64,000 nucleotides of DNA, from the NCBI GenBank assembly GCA_963693365.1, contig CAVNZM010000003.1:6269448-6333447 (forward strand). The letters are read 5' to 3'. Below are positions 20,562 to 31,951 of the stretch, one piece after another. Both the position numbers and the translations under genes were made by a program. The notes beneath the pieces are model-generated. The model saw only the letters and a list, made by a program, of their open reading frames with translations. It made no database searches and was not told the DNA's origin. The stretch comes from Amoebidium appalachense (Eukaryota > Protista > Ichthyosporea). Position 1 is the first letter of the stretch. Every line of letters begins with the position of its first letter.

Positions 20562-21120
20562 CAAAATTAAAACGGCAAATTTGTGGTGATTGTGGGGAGT
20601 TGAAAGTTTAGGAGGGGGGGGGAGCGGCACATCTATTAAATTTAAAAGGGCCCGGGGAGAGGGGGGGGGGGGGGGGGGGGGGGCACATCTATTAGTTTTA
20701 AAAGGGTCTGGGGAGGGGGGGGTCTGGGGGGGGGAGGGGGAGGGGCACATCTATTAATTTTAAAAGGGCCCGGGGGAGGGGGGGGGGATGGGGGGGGGAG
20801 GGGGTCAAAATAAAAAAGAAAGACAAACACACACACACACATACACACACACAACAAAAATAAAACGGCAAATTTGTGGTGATTGTGGGGAGTTGAAATT
20901 TAGGAGGGGGGGGGGGGGTCGAAATAGAGTTGGGAAAGGACAGAGGGGGGGGGTTGAAATGGAGTTGGGAAAGGACAGAGGTGGGGGGGGGGGGATAGGG
21001 GAAGGGGAGGGGGGGAGGAAAAAGGGGGGGGGGGGATAGGGGGGGATAGGGGAAGGGGAGGGGGGGATGGGGTAGGGGAGGGGGAGGGGATAGCCTGAGG
21101 GGAAAGGGGCAGGGCGGGGT
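19790..21120. repeat. Compound satellite, ~330-bp units with (CA)n and GCACATCTATTA(A/G)TTTTAAAAGGG subrepeats
   Basis: Anchor GGGGTCAAAATAAAAAAGAAAGA recurs at ~19822, 20161, 20488 and 20801. Confidence 0.9.
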
Positions 21121-21299
21121 GTGCTACTAGTTCACGCTTTGGGGTGTTTATTCAGTTGGTTAATTGGCTATCAACGCTCCGCTCTGCCACGGTCATGGCT
21201 GTACATAGCACAAGAAGCCCAAACTTTATAATACCCAAGTGAATTTCAAAGCAAGTGCGGCAAAAACACGCACAAATAGCCGACTCACAGCCACCCATA

Positions 21300-22932
21300 T
21301 CAAGCCACAAACTTGTCCATCACGGTCTGGACGTGCTTGTCCAGCTGGTCCCCAAACACTGTCTCGAGCTCGCCCTTCTGCCCGAGGGCACAGCCCATGG
21401 CAGCCAGGCGGCGCAGCACGTCATACAGCTGGTTGTAGGTCAAGTGGGTCACGGTGGGGGAGCCGTGGAACAGGTTGGCGGCCTTGCACAGGGCAGCGTA
21501 GAGGTTGATGTGCGAGCTGTACACCGACTGCTCGGGGTTGGCCATGCGAGCCCCCAGAAGGGTGTTCCAGTAGGCAGGGTCGTTGCGGTGCTCAAACCCT
21601 TCGTGGCGGGACCACAGCAGGATGGCAGCGTCGTGGAACACCTTGCGGGCCAGCTCCCGGCCATACGCGGTCTCCATGCAGCGGGTGTTGGGGGAGGTGC
21701 CCGGGGGCAGGGACACCATGCGCTGGGGGTGGGCGCTGTCGCACTCGAAGATGGAGAGGCGCTCGTTGGCGGAGTCCAGCAGCTCCAGCAGCTCGGCGGC
21801 CTCGGTGTACCACTTCTCGGTCTTCTCCAGCGTAGAGGAGAGCTGGGCATTCTGGGCCTCGGTCTCCTGGGCGCGGGCGGCTGCCTCTTGGGCACGGGCA
21901 GTTGCCTCTTGGGCACGGACAGTTGCCTCGGCAAGGGCAGCCTCGACTTGGGCACGGTTCTGGCGGTGCAGAATCTTGAAGGCCTGCTCCACCAGGCGAT
22001 AGTAGCGACGCACTTCCTTGCCCACAGGTGTGAGAACAGCCATGAGCATGGTCTTGAAGGCATGGGGGGTAAAGAAGAGCTCGTTGATGTTGTTGTATTT
22101 GCCCCTGTGTATTTGGCAAATCATGTCAGCACCACCCAAATTTAAGATTCAACAAAACAAGTAACCAGCTATGCTTGGCTACATCATGCCGCGAAAACGC
22201 CATCCTAAGTAACTAAAAGATTCGAACTGAAAACCACACAGACCAACGAGAAGCTGGTCGGCCGGCACCGTTTTAGATTGGGCAGGCAACAAACATCAAC
22301 CAATAGTAAGCTTGCAAGTCGCGACTTACCAGCTTTTGATTGGGCAGGCATTTAACATCAACCAATAGAAAGCTTGCAAGTCGCGGCCAGCAAGCTTTTG
22401 ATTGGGCAGGCAATTAACATCAACCAATAGAAAGCTTGCAAGTCGCGGCCAGCAATCTTTTGATTGGGCAGGCAATTAACATCAACCAATAGAAAGCTTG
22501 CAAGTCGCAGCCAGCAAGCTTTTGATTGGGCAGGCAATTAACATCAACCAATAGAAAGCTTGCAAGTCGCAGCCAGCAAGCTTTTGATTGGGCAGGCAAT
22601 TAACATCAACCAATAGAAAGCTTGCAAGTCGCGGCCAGCAAGCTTTTGATTGGAGAACAACGATGCCACAATGTTTACCTGGTTGTCTGGAAGCAAAAGT
22701 CAACACCCTCCACAAATTCCAGTTTTGTGGCTAGAACTTTCAGCTGCACCCTTCCATTTCTCTCCTCCATGTTATACAGCAGCGCCTGCACCCGGGCCCC
22801 GCTCAGCTCCTCGTTGATGGCCAGCTCGTCAATGTCGCTGTCGAGGTCCCAGAACTTGGCGAACTCACCCAGCAGGGCAGCCTTGGGGCCGAGGGTGGCC
22901 TCGAGGGTGGTGGGAGGAGGGGGAAGGGCCAT
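21300..22932 (-). CDS. MSV199/KilA-like viral DNA-binding domain protein, two exons (22932-22679, 22104-21300), 352 aa
   Basis: Donor AG|GTAAAC at 22678, branch CTGAC, acceptor ACACAG| at 22105. In-frame splicing gives FVEGVDFCFQTTRGKYNNINELFFTPHAFKTMLMAVLTPVGKEVRRYY. Confidence 0.75.
22275..22652. repeat. 62-bp tandem array (6 copies) with internal dyad symmetry
   Basis: CATCAACCAATAG occurs at 22294, 22356, 22418, 22480, 22542 and 22604. Confidence 0.95.
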
Positions 22933-23205
22933 GTTGAGGTCTGGGACGGAGCGGCACACACGTTCTTGGTTAGCACCGGTTGCAGATCACGGCTGTTTCA
23001 CACGTACACACACACGTGCACACTCACACACATACACACACGTGCACACACCATGTTACCCAAACGAAACACCACAAATTGAAACACCAAATATCACCAA
23101 TTCACACAGGGTTCACCCACCTCTGAAATTCGATGCCTCAAGTAGCAGAAACGAGAGAAGAGAGCTTGTACAGTGAGACTGTGACTGAGTGTTGTGTGCC
23201 ATGGC

Positions 23206-23260
23206 TTTTTATACCTGCTTGGCTTGCCTGGTCATTTGCATTGCACAATCTCAACCAATC
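23206..23260 (-). promoter_or_regulatory. Candidate TATA (TATAAAAA) and CCAAT boxes for the MSV199-like gene
   Basis: Minus-strand GGTATAAAAAGC at ~23204-23215; CCAAT ~45 bp further upstream. Confidence 0.35.
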
Positions 23261-23300
23261 GAATCTACAGTGGACAGGATACACACTGGCTAAAAGGCGG

Positions 23301-24321
23301 CTTCCAATTGGCTGTGGTTTGGCGCCAAAAGCCACAGGCTTGAATCAAGCTACAGCTACATCCAAACTTCAAAAATTCATAACTCCGCAACCGGTAGACA
23401 TTTTTTAGTTCTGAAAACTGTTCCGGAAAGGGCTCGACAAGCACTCTGCATCGATGTAAAAACTGTCGTGGTCCGACACAAACTGATGGAGCCACGCGCG
23501 TCGGCAGATCGACGTGGTCGTGAGCCACTTGACTGTCCAGCTGTAACTTGTACTGTATGAATGTTTGGGGGATTTGGAGGAGGGTAAGGAAAGCCACTCT
23601 ATCACATTAAATATCCTTCCACATTAAGCAAACAGGTATTTACACTCCTCGAAATCCAACACACACACAGGTATAGTACAGTTTGGTGCATCCTTGAACT
23701 GCATGGTGTCTTACGGTAGTACACATAGTCGGACACTCGCACGCACCATGTCGTTCGCTGCCATTGATGTATGTCGATCTGAGCAGCATTTGATAGTACG
23801 TCTCAAGCCGGTGCCAGAGCCTTTTTCAGATTGAAAATATCTTTACTGGGAGCCGAGTTATGCCATCTACAAGGGAGGGGAGGGGGGGGGGGGGGAGGGG
23901 GGGGGAAGCCGGCTTCTGATTGGCTGTGATTTGGCGCCAAAATGCCCACTCCCTTGGATCAACTTCACAGCTCAATCAAAACTTCAAAAATTCATAACTC
24001 CGCAACCGGTAGACATTTTTTAGTTCTGAAAACTGTTTCGGAAAGGGCTTGACGAGCGCTTTGCATCGGTGTAAACATTATTGTGGTCCGACACAAACTG
24101 AGGGAAGCGAACTTTGCCGGCCGACCTACGTGGTCCTGAGCCACTTGACTGTCCAGCTGTAACTTGTACTGTATGAATGTTTGGGGGATTTGGAGGAGGG
24201 TAAGGAAAGCCACTCTATCACATAATATCCTTCCACATTAAGCAAACAGGTATTTACACTCCTCGAAATCCAACACACACACAAGTATAGTACAGTTTGG
24301 TGCATCCTTGGACTGCATGGT
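23301..24321. repeat. ~410-bp direct repeat (23301-23708 and 23912-24321)
   Basis: Near-identical blocks; the second copy is cut by the LTR at GCATGGT. Confidence 0.9.
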
Positions 24322-24931
24322 TGTAAACATCTGTACACGCCGTACATGTTTACTATTACGAATATACTGTACATATCATAGTGATCACGTAGATATTGTG
24401 TACATATGATCAGATCAATATCACACGCGACAGCCGCGGGCTGCGGCTCACGACTGAGCCGCGGCGCCGGCAATATGCAGTGGCCGTGCATTCAGTATGA
24501 ACCAATAGAATTCGAGAACCGCTAGGATAGGAATGCAAGTCTCATCCACTACGGAGGCGACATCTATAGCTAAACGAACGGAACCAATAAGGAAATCAGA
24601 CCCAGTTGCATAAACCTAAACGGGCTTAAGTATTGACCAATCATTTGCCACAAAGTTATCCTTTTAGTTAGCTTCATGTTATTGGTGCACTGTGTGCACA
24701 TAAAGACGACCGCACTCTTCTGACTGGTCAGAAGTCACGAAGGCATCAATGCCACCCATCCAGATGATCCGGAACCTGGGGGCTATATAAACAAGCCGTC
24801 CCAGTACGGGGGATCACTCTGAACGAGCACATTAAATAGTAACCTGGCCGCGTGTGCCTTACTACCCGTTCTCTGTCTTTATTCTGATTCAGTTGTTCTC
24901 TGCCTTATCCCAACTAGTTCAACTGTTTACA
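24322..24931 (+). repeat. 5' LTR
   Basis: TG..CA termini with TGTAAAC/GTTTACA inverted ends, CCAAT boxes and TATATAAA. Confidence 0.95.
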
Positions 24932-24983
24932 TTGGCGACCGCGCAGTTCCAGAATCTCACATCTTTCAAGAATCTCTTCAACC

Positions 24984-26984
24984 ATGGCGGGCGAATTTGA
25001 CGACTACCCTGTACTCTCGGACAATGAAAGCAAACTGACACGTGACACCAAGAAGCCTACCGCAGTCAAACCGCCGCCCCCAACGCAGAAGAAAGCCAAG
25101 ACTCCGGGGCAGGGCACGAAAACACTCCCCACCCCTCCCCCTACACAGCCTCGTGCTCCCCAGAAACCGAACACGATCACAAAACCCAACACACACACGA
25201 ACACAAAGGCAACTACGAAGCCCACTGGCAACGAACAAACGAAGCCCAACGAAAGCACGAAACCCAAAGACAAAACGAAGCGCAACGAACACACGAAAAC
25301 CAACGAACATACGAACACCAACGAACACACGAACACCAACAAACACACGAACGAACTTCAAGTAGCAACGAAGGAAAAAACGAAACAAGACCGGGACACT
25401 GCCACAGCTCTGGCAGAGGTGCGGGGCCGTGTTCTCTCCAAGTTCTATCGTATTGAAACTCTGAGACGTGCCATTCAAACTGCAATCGATGCTGGGCGGC
25501 CTGTGATGGACCTCGAAGCTGATGTCGCGCAGATTTACAGTGAGATTTCGCAGATGGAAGACACCACACTGTCTAGAATGTTGTGCACGTCCGCGAAATG
25601 GTCTGAGTTGGAGCGGGAAGCACAGTTGGTGGCTGAGGCACGTGTGAAAAATACGACGGTGCCCACCACCCCCCGTCCTCCCCCACCCACCACAGGCAAG
25701 AAGCCTTTGTCCCCGGTCCCATCTGGGTGCACTGATCCCAAGGTAATTGCACCTCCCGCACCCCCCACTAAATTATCATATAAGGATGTGCTTGCGCGCA
25801 CACTCAGCTACACTGATTCTGATGCTGAAAATGAAGAAAAACACGAACAAAGTTACGAAGACACACCCACAAACGAAAACGAACACATGACTGCGAAAGT
25901 GCATGAAGAAGATCACTTCGACCAGCCTAAAGCACCCGTATTTAACGAAATCCCCCTTGCAGGATCCCCTCTGGCGTCTGCAGGTGGACTGGCAGGCACG
26001 CCAAGTCGCCCGAGAGGCTCTGATGTCAGCACAGGCTCAGGAGGTAAGGCTGGGTCTATATTGAACAAGCACTTTGCAGAGCACGAAAAACTGTGGTTGC
26101 ACCCTCTCCGCCAGTTGCATGCATCCGAATACGGCCCCATCTTGGCTGCATTGAAACTACCAGAATACAAGGGTGACTTGCAGGATAAATGCACGGTGAT
26201 TGAATGGCTGCACGAATTTTCCCAGCAGATGTTTTGCATTGCAGGGGTCCCCCCCACACTTGCTGTTCGCTGGGCGGTGCAGTGCTTTCCTCTTGCTTCC
26301 CCCGCCCGTGTGTGGTACACGAATTTTACCAGGACACAGGGAGAACTCACGTTTGATGCATTTGCACATGCACTAGTTACGAAATTTCACGACCAGCGTG
26401 TGCAAGAGGCACTCAGTGCCGAATTAAATGCACTCAAACAAGGCAAGCAAAAGGTGGCCGAATTTGCAAGCAGGCATGCGCGTTTGTGGGCACGTGTGTA
26501 CCCCCTTAAGTCTGAGGCACACCAAATTTTGGATTTGTCTCACCGATTGGGTGGGGAAGACGAACAAGAATTTCGCAAATATCAACTCAGACAAACACGA
26601 AAAGAAGAAGAATTGACCCTGTCTGGAGTTGTTGCCTATCTCGCAGAAAAAGAAAGAGACAGGCACACACGAACCCCATCCACCATTCTAACACAGAAAC
26701 CTCCCACAAAACAGCAACCCGGTGGTGGATCTGGTGCCAGCGAGAAGCCGTCTATTTTTTCGCGCATGGGCACCACCCCCTGCAACCGTGGGTGCAAGTA
26801 CGGCAGCCACGCCGAAGGCAAGACGTGCCCGGCCCTCAAATTCGAATGCCACTCCTGCAAGCAGAAGGGGCACTTTGGGGGGTCACCAATTTGCCCCAAG
26901 TACGACCCCAACTTTAAGAAGGGAACCCGCAAGGCAGAGATTGAGGCTAATCGGGCCAAGTTCAAGAGAGCACGTGTAGAATAG
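24984..26984 (+). CDS. gag: Gag polyprotein
   Basis: Retrotransposon capsid-like region (ARVWY..F..F...L..KF..LKQGKQKVAEF) and Zn knuckle CHSCKQKGH..C. Confidence 0.9.
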   Translation: MAGEFDDYPVLSDNESKLTRDTKKPTAVKPPPPTQKKAKTPGQGTKTLPTPPPTQPRAPQKPNTITKPNTHTNTKATTKPTGNEQTKPNESTKPKDKTKRNEHTKTNEHTNTNEHTNTNKHTNELQVATKEKTKQDRDTATALAEVRGRVLSKFYRIETLRRAIQTAIDAGRPVMDLEADVAQIYSEISQMEDTTLSRMLCTSAKWSELEREAQLVAEARVKNTTVPTTPRPPPPTTGKKPLSPVPSGCTDPKVIAPPAPPTKLSYKDVLARTLSYTDSDAENEEKHEQSYEDTPTNENEHMTAKVHEEDHFDQPKAPVFNEIPLAGSPLASAGGLAGTPSRPRGSDVSTGSGGKAGSILNKHFAEHEKLWLHPLRQLHASEYGPILAALKLPEYKGDLQDKCTVIEWLHEFSQQMFCIAGVPPTLAVRWAVQCFPLASPARVWYTNFTRTQGELTFDAFAHALVTKFHDQRVQEALSAELNALKQGKQKVAEFASRHARLWARVYPLKSEAHQILDLSHRLGGEDEQEFRKYQLRQTRKEEELTLSGVVAYLAEKERDRHTRTPSTILTQKPPTKQQPGGGSGASEKPSIFSRMGTTPCNRGCKYGSHAEGKTCPALKFECHSCKQKGHFGGSPICPKYDPNFKKGTRKAEIEANRAKFKRARVE

Positions 26985-27042
26985 GAAGGCGGGCAAGGGA
27001 CTGGTCTCTCCCCAGTAGAACATAATGTATTTGATTTAATAG

Positions 27043-30000
27043 CAGAGCTGGAACTGTGTTCCCCTCTGGCAGATAAATTGCAAAATAAATCTACTGGTGC
27101 GGAAATTTCTGTTGTCTCGGAGCCCTCCCACGAATCTGCATGTGCCCCACCCCCCCACGAACAGTTACCCCCGTGTACTGACCCCCCCCATGCACACGCA
27201 CACCCCGCCCCCGCGCAAAAAGAAAAATGTGCATTTTGCTGACCGTGTGCACTCCTCCATTGCAGAACCACGGCATGAAAATGCCACTGTGTGCACATTA
27301 ACCCACGAAAATAAATGCACAGCCACACTTGCGCGAATGTATGTGCATGGGAAGCTAGTCACAGTAGTTGTCGACTCTGGTGCTAGCCATAGCTGTATAA
27401 GCACAGCATTTTACGAATCTCTCCCTGTAGTGGCAAGAAAACGAATTCAGCATGTTCCTAATTTTAGTGTACTGGATGCACAAAGTAACGAAATGACATG
27501 CCAAGGAAGTATATCTCTCACTCTCGCCATTCCCAACGAATCTGCTCTAGTGGTGCACAGATGGCATGTGATTGATAATCTACCATATGATGCCTTATTA
27601 GGTGTTGATTTCCAGGGGCCACAACAGGGACGAATTGATTACGGTGCTGCAGAACTTTCGTTCATGTATGCTAAGGGAAATCGCAGGTGCAGTATTCCGG
27701 TGTGGTGGTTGCGTGGGAGTGCGGAGGAGACAGCTGTTTCTCGCGTATTAATTACCACCACAGGTATTCACCTCCCGGTAGATGCGTCAAATATCGCAAC
27801 GTGTAAAATAAAACTCGCTGCCGGCGCACCACCACCACGAACTTTAGACTGTTGTATGGGCACAGTGGTTCCATGTGGTCCACTTAATTCACGGGCTTAC
27901 ACAACAGCATGCAGTGTCACCAGTTTAGCTCGAATTTCGAATAACGAACCCCCCCTCTCCACTAGCGAAGAAAGTGTGATCGAGGACGAATACGAATGCA
28001 AGGTGTTGTTGACTAACACATCGGACCATCATGTGTACCTAGGCCCTGGTACGGAGGTGGCCATGTTTATTCCCTTGCAATCAGATGACACTGTTACTCT
28101 TTTAGCACGTCCACACTCCGGTAATGGAACCAGGAGGGCGACAACCCCACACCCTGGCCATCCATTAGGTACCTCTGCTAAAACGAACTTTTCTTCGCAG
28201 GAATCAACCGAAGAACCCAACGAACACGAACCACACACTTTCCAGGCGGCTACTAATATTAACGGTAGTATTAAGGTGTGTGAACGGAGTAAAATTATGA
28301 ATATGAGTACGAAAGAGAACACCACACAGCGCAGTTCCACGAAAATGAATGGTTTTGGTAATCCAGCACGAACAAAACCAGAGGTAGGGCCACCTACTAT
28401 CGAAGCAGCAGATGGGGCACCATCTACCACTGCACTGGAGGATACGAATAATTTACGAAAGCGTACGCACGAATGTACCTCCGACGGGGAAGCCGCCACA
28501 GACGACGACTTGCCTTTTGGGGTCAAACCTCCAGAAGAATACGACATGCCTGGAACTCCCCCAGACCAACGGAAACCGTTGGCGAAACGGATACGAAAAC
28601 TGCTTAAGAAATGGAAGCATGTGTTCTCTGCACACGACAACGACTTTGGTTTGAGTACCTTAGACGAACTGTCGATCGAAGTAACTACCACCATACCACA
28701 GTACCGCAGGCCCTATAACATCCCACATCACCTTCGCGATAGCCTACACAAACAAATTCAAAATTGGGTAGAGTTTGGAGTGATTGAGCCTGCGTCCAGC
28801 CCTTACTCCGCTCCGATGGTGTTGGTGGCGAAAAAGGACGGGTCTTTAAGAGTCTGCATTGATTTTAGAATGCTGAACTTGATTACGAAGAAAGACGGTT
28901 ACCCTTTCCCACGAATTGACATGGCTCTGGGTATGCTCAGAGGTGCCCGCGTGTTTTCCGCACTTGATTTAAACGGTGGTTACCACCAAGTCAAAGTAGC
29001 CGATAACGACAAAGAAAAACTTGCATTTACCACCCCCTGGGGGCAGTATCAATTCGCACGCGCACCTTTTGGAGTAAGTAACATGCCTGCTGTCTTTTCA
29101 AGGATGATGAACCGTGTATTCGCTGGTATGCTGTGGACACATGTACTCATATATCTCGATGATATATTAGTTATGTCACCCACTATCGAAGAACATTTTG
29201 GGCATTTAGATTCATGTTTTTCCCGGCTCTGTGATGCAGGATTAAAAATGAAAGGCAGAAAATGCTCTTTGTTCATGGAAGAAGTTGGCTATTTAGGCCA
29301 TCGCGTATGCCCGGATGGTATTAAGGTAGACCCAGAAAAAGTGGCAGCAATAAAGAATAAAAGCTACCCACAAAATTTATCTGAGCTACGAAGTGACCTC
29401 GGGTTATTTTCATATTATCGAATATTTGTGGACGATTTCAGCCATACGGCTGAACCACTCACGCGAATGCTGGGCACCTCGAAGGAGGATTCAGAATTAC
29501 TAAAACGAATTCACGCAAAAATGCCCCCCTCTACGAAACCCGCCAAACGCAACGGCAGCGCAAAACAACGAAAAGACGAAGCAAAAAATTTGCACGCCGA
29601 TTCTGCAGCTATTTTGGCCACGAAAAAGAAAGCACAGAAAAATGCTGCATGGGTGTGGGGTACGGAACAGGAGAAAGCATACGATACCCTTAAGAATGCG
29701 TTAATTAATGCACCTGTGCTTGCTCACCCCGATTTCACCAAACCTTTTATTGTTGACTCAGATGCTTCACAGTATGCTCTGGGCGCAGTGATTTCGCAGG
29801 TAGGTGATGACGGCAAAGAACGACCCATAGCTTATGCTAGCAGAACACTCTCTAAGAGTGAACGAAATTATGCGGCGAATAAAAGGGAAGCCTTAGGTGT
29901 GTATTGGGCTGTGTGCAAAGCATTTCGCGCTTACACCTATGGGGCTCCTTTCTTGTTACGAACCGACCACTCCAGCTTGACGCGCATTCTGTCTACCGGC

Positions 30001-31887
30001 GATGCACCGGAACCTGTTGTTGCAGGCTGGCAAATGGCGCTTTCCGCATACACATACGAAATTCAGCACAGGGCGGGCAAACACCACAGCAATGCTGATG
30101 GACTCTCTCGGCCATCTAAAGAAAATGCGCAACCAGGACCCGAAGATACTGAGCTGACATACCCCTCACTGATCGGCACAGTCTCGGGCTCGTCCACGGT
30201 GTTTGCGGTAACACGCTCCGCCGCAGCGACAGCGCAGGCACAAGCTGCCACCCACCCACCCCCAGCTGAACCCACGAAACCTAATACCACGCCGCCAGAA
30301 TTTATTCCCCCAAAAGCGGATGGACGAACGCCCACCTATGAACAGTATGTGTCAGCACAGAAGGCTGATAAACACATTGCGAAAGTCAGAGCCTACCTGG
30401 AAAAAGCACCGGGCTACGAATTATTTGGCAACGAAATCGCGATGGAAGCTAGTCGCTGCACCATAGACAATGACCTTGTGTATGTGTGGGTCCTAGAACA
30501 GCGTGGCCCCCGCAAACCCAGCAAGGAACCACGAATTTGGGTGCCGTCTACGCTTGTGCGCCTCGTTTTGGCCGCATGTCACGACGCCCCAACCGCAGGT
30601 CACCTCGACGCAGCACGCACCTTCCACCGTGTTACCCAGACAGCATGGTGGCCACGTGTATGGCAAGACTCGGTGCAGTGGGTAACCACATGCAAAGCCT
30701 GTCAATACCGGAAGACACCCCGAATGCAAAAGAAACTACGAATTCACGATGGTTTTATCCCCACCTATCCCTTTCAATACGTGTCTATGGACATTACTGA
30801 GATGCCTACGAAATCTGATCTCAGAGTTTCCCTGTTGGTGTTTCTCGACCTCTTCACTCGCTGGCCGGAAGTGATTTTATTTCACAAAACACCCACAGCC
30901 GAAGATGTGGCAAAGGCATTCGAAGACTCCATCTACTGCCGTCACGGTCGTCCGGAATTTTTAGTATCAGACAACGGCGCGAATTTGGCAGCTATGTTGG
31001 TCACAGATGTCTGTCGAGTGTTGGCTACAAAACGAATTTTTGCAAGTCCCTACAGCCCCCAGACCAATGGTGCCGTAGAGCGATTCAATCGCACACTTAA
31101 GAATATTCTTGCCACTCTCGTGCAGGATAAACACCACGAATGGATTGACTACTTACCGCAAGTACTGTTTTCCTACCGCACCGCCTACCACTCTTCCTTG
31201 GGGGACACGCCATTCTTCATGCTTTATGGCAGAGATCCGGTCGAGCCCCCCCGCCCCCCAATTGCGGCTTCATGTGGGATGGAGACGGAGGAATACCGTC
31301 GAGAACTACGGCAACGAGTGCAGTATGCCCGGCAAACAGTCACACGAATTATGTCTGAAGCTGCCCGTCGTAGTAAAATCACGGCTAACAAAAATGCTCG
31401 TGAACCCACAGAACTCGAGGGTCTGGTGTTGAAAGCAGTCACAGACTCCACCACCGACCACAGTCTACCCACGGCACTCAGACCTAAATGGGAAGGTCCG
31501 TATCGCGTCCTGCGGCGCGTTACCGACGCCCCCATGTCTTACGAAATTCAGCGGGTTGGGTCAACGGACACCGTTCGAGCACACGCACGTCACTTGAAGC
31601 CGTATTTTCCCCGTGACGACGTTGATATGACGCCAGCCGACTCTGGTCCGCAAGATTCACCCACCCCCACCTTCGAAGTGGCAAAAATTATTGCCCACAA
31701 GTACAACTCGGCAACTGCCCAAGCCCTTTACAAAGTTCGTTGGAAAGGGTACACGGCTAAGAACGACACCTGGGAACCTCACTCCGGCCTGCAAGACACA
31801 GCCGCAGGAGCACTCACAGACTACCTAGGTACTTTGGTGGCCGGCCCTGCCAGCCAGCCCGCACGAAAGAAGCGCCGACGTCGCTAA
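27043..31887 (+). CDS. pol: Pol polyprotein PR-RT-RH-IN-chromodomain (no own start; requires recoding)
   Basis: VDSGASHS, LRVCIDFR, YLDD, DSDASQYALG, HDAPTAGH..CKAC, SMD..SDNG..VERFN, FEVAKIIAHK..YKVRWKGY..DTWEP. Confidence 0.95.
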   Translation, partial: QSWNCVPLWQINCKINLLVRKFLLSRSPPTNLHVPHPPTNSYPRVLTPPMHTHTPPPRKKKNVHFADRVHSSIAEPRHENATVCTLTHENKCTATLARMYVHGKLVTVVVDSGASHSCISTAFYESLPVVARKRIQHVPNFSVLDAQSNEMTCQGSISLTLAIPNESALVVHRWHVIDNLPYDALLGVDFQGPQQGRIDYGAAELSFMYAKGNRRCSIPVWWLRGSAEETAVSRVLITTTGIHLPVDASNIATCKIKLAAGAPPPRTLDCCMGTVVPCGPLNSRAYTTACSVTSLARISNNEPPLSTSEESVIEDEYECKVLLTNTSDHHVYLGPGTEVAMFIPLQSDDTVTLLARPHSGNGTRRATTPHPGHPLGTSAKTNFSSQESTEEPNEHEPHTFQAATNINGSIKVCERSKIMNMSTKENTTQRSSTKMNGFGNPARTKPEVGPPTIEAADGAPSTTALEDTNNLRKRTHECTSDGEAATDDDLPFGVKPPEEYDMPGTPPDQRKPLAKRIRKLLKKWKHVFSAHDNDFGLSTLDELSIEVTTTIPQYRRPYNIPHHLRDSLHKQIQNWVEFGVIEPASSPYSAPMVLVAKKDGSLRVCIDFRMLNLITKKDGYPFPRIDMALGMLRGARVFSALDLNGGYHQVKVADNDKEKLAFTTPWGQYQFARAPFGVSNMPAVFSRMMNRVFAGMLWTHVLIYLDDILVMSPTIEEHFGHLDSCFSRLCDAGLKMKGRKCSLFMEEVGYLGHRVCPDGIKVDPEKVAAIKNKSYPQNLSELRSDLGLFSYYRIFVDDFSHTAEPLTRMLGTSKEDSELLKRIHAKMPPSTKPAKRNGSAKQRKDEAKNLHADSAAILATKKKAQKNAAWVWGTEQEKAYDTLKNALINAPVLAHPDFTKPFIVDSDASQYALGAVISQVGDDGKERPIAYASRTLSKSERNYAANKREALGVYWAVCKAFRAYTYGAPFLLRTDHSSLTRILSTGDAPEPVVAGWQMALSAYTYEIQHRAGKHHSNADGLSRPSKENAQPGPEDTELTYPSLIGTVSGSSTVFAVTRSAAATAQAQAATHPPPAEPTKPNTTPPEFIPPKADGRTPTYEQYVSAQKADKHIAKVRAYLEKAPGYELFGNEIAMEASRCTIDNDLVYVWVLEQRGPRKPSKEPRIWVPSTLVRLVLAACHDAPTAGHLDAARTFHRVTQTAWWPRVWQDSVQWVTTCKACQYRKTPRMQKKLRIHDGFIPTYPFQYVSMDITEMPTKSDLRVSLLVFLDLFTRWPEVILFHKTPTAEDVAKAFEDSIYCRHGRPEFLVSDNGANLAAMLVTDVCRVLATKRIFASPYSPQTNGAVERFNRTLKNILATLVQDKHHEWIDYLPQVLFSYRTAYHSSLGDTPFFMLYGRDPVEPPRPPIAASCGMETEEYRRELRQRVQYARQTVTRIMSEAARRSKITANKNAREPTELEGLVLKAVTDSTTDHSLPTALRPKWEGPYRVLRRVTDAPMSYEIQRVGSTDTVRAHARHLKPYFPRDDVDMTPADSGPQDSPTPTFEVAKIIAHKYNSATAQALYKVRWKGYTAKNDTWEPHSGLQDTAAGALTDYLGTLVAGPASQPARKKRRRR

Positions 31888-31951
31888 CTTCCCTCAGCCT
31901 GGTGGTTTACCGTCTCCAGACCATACCACCAGGCTCCCGAGAAGGGGGGAG

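Noticed and set aside
22275-22652. CRISPR array
   Set aside because: Units repeat head-to-tail with no unique spacers, there are no cas genes, and the array lies in an intron.
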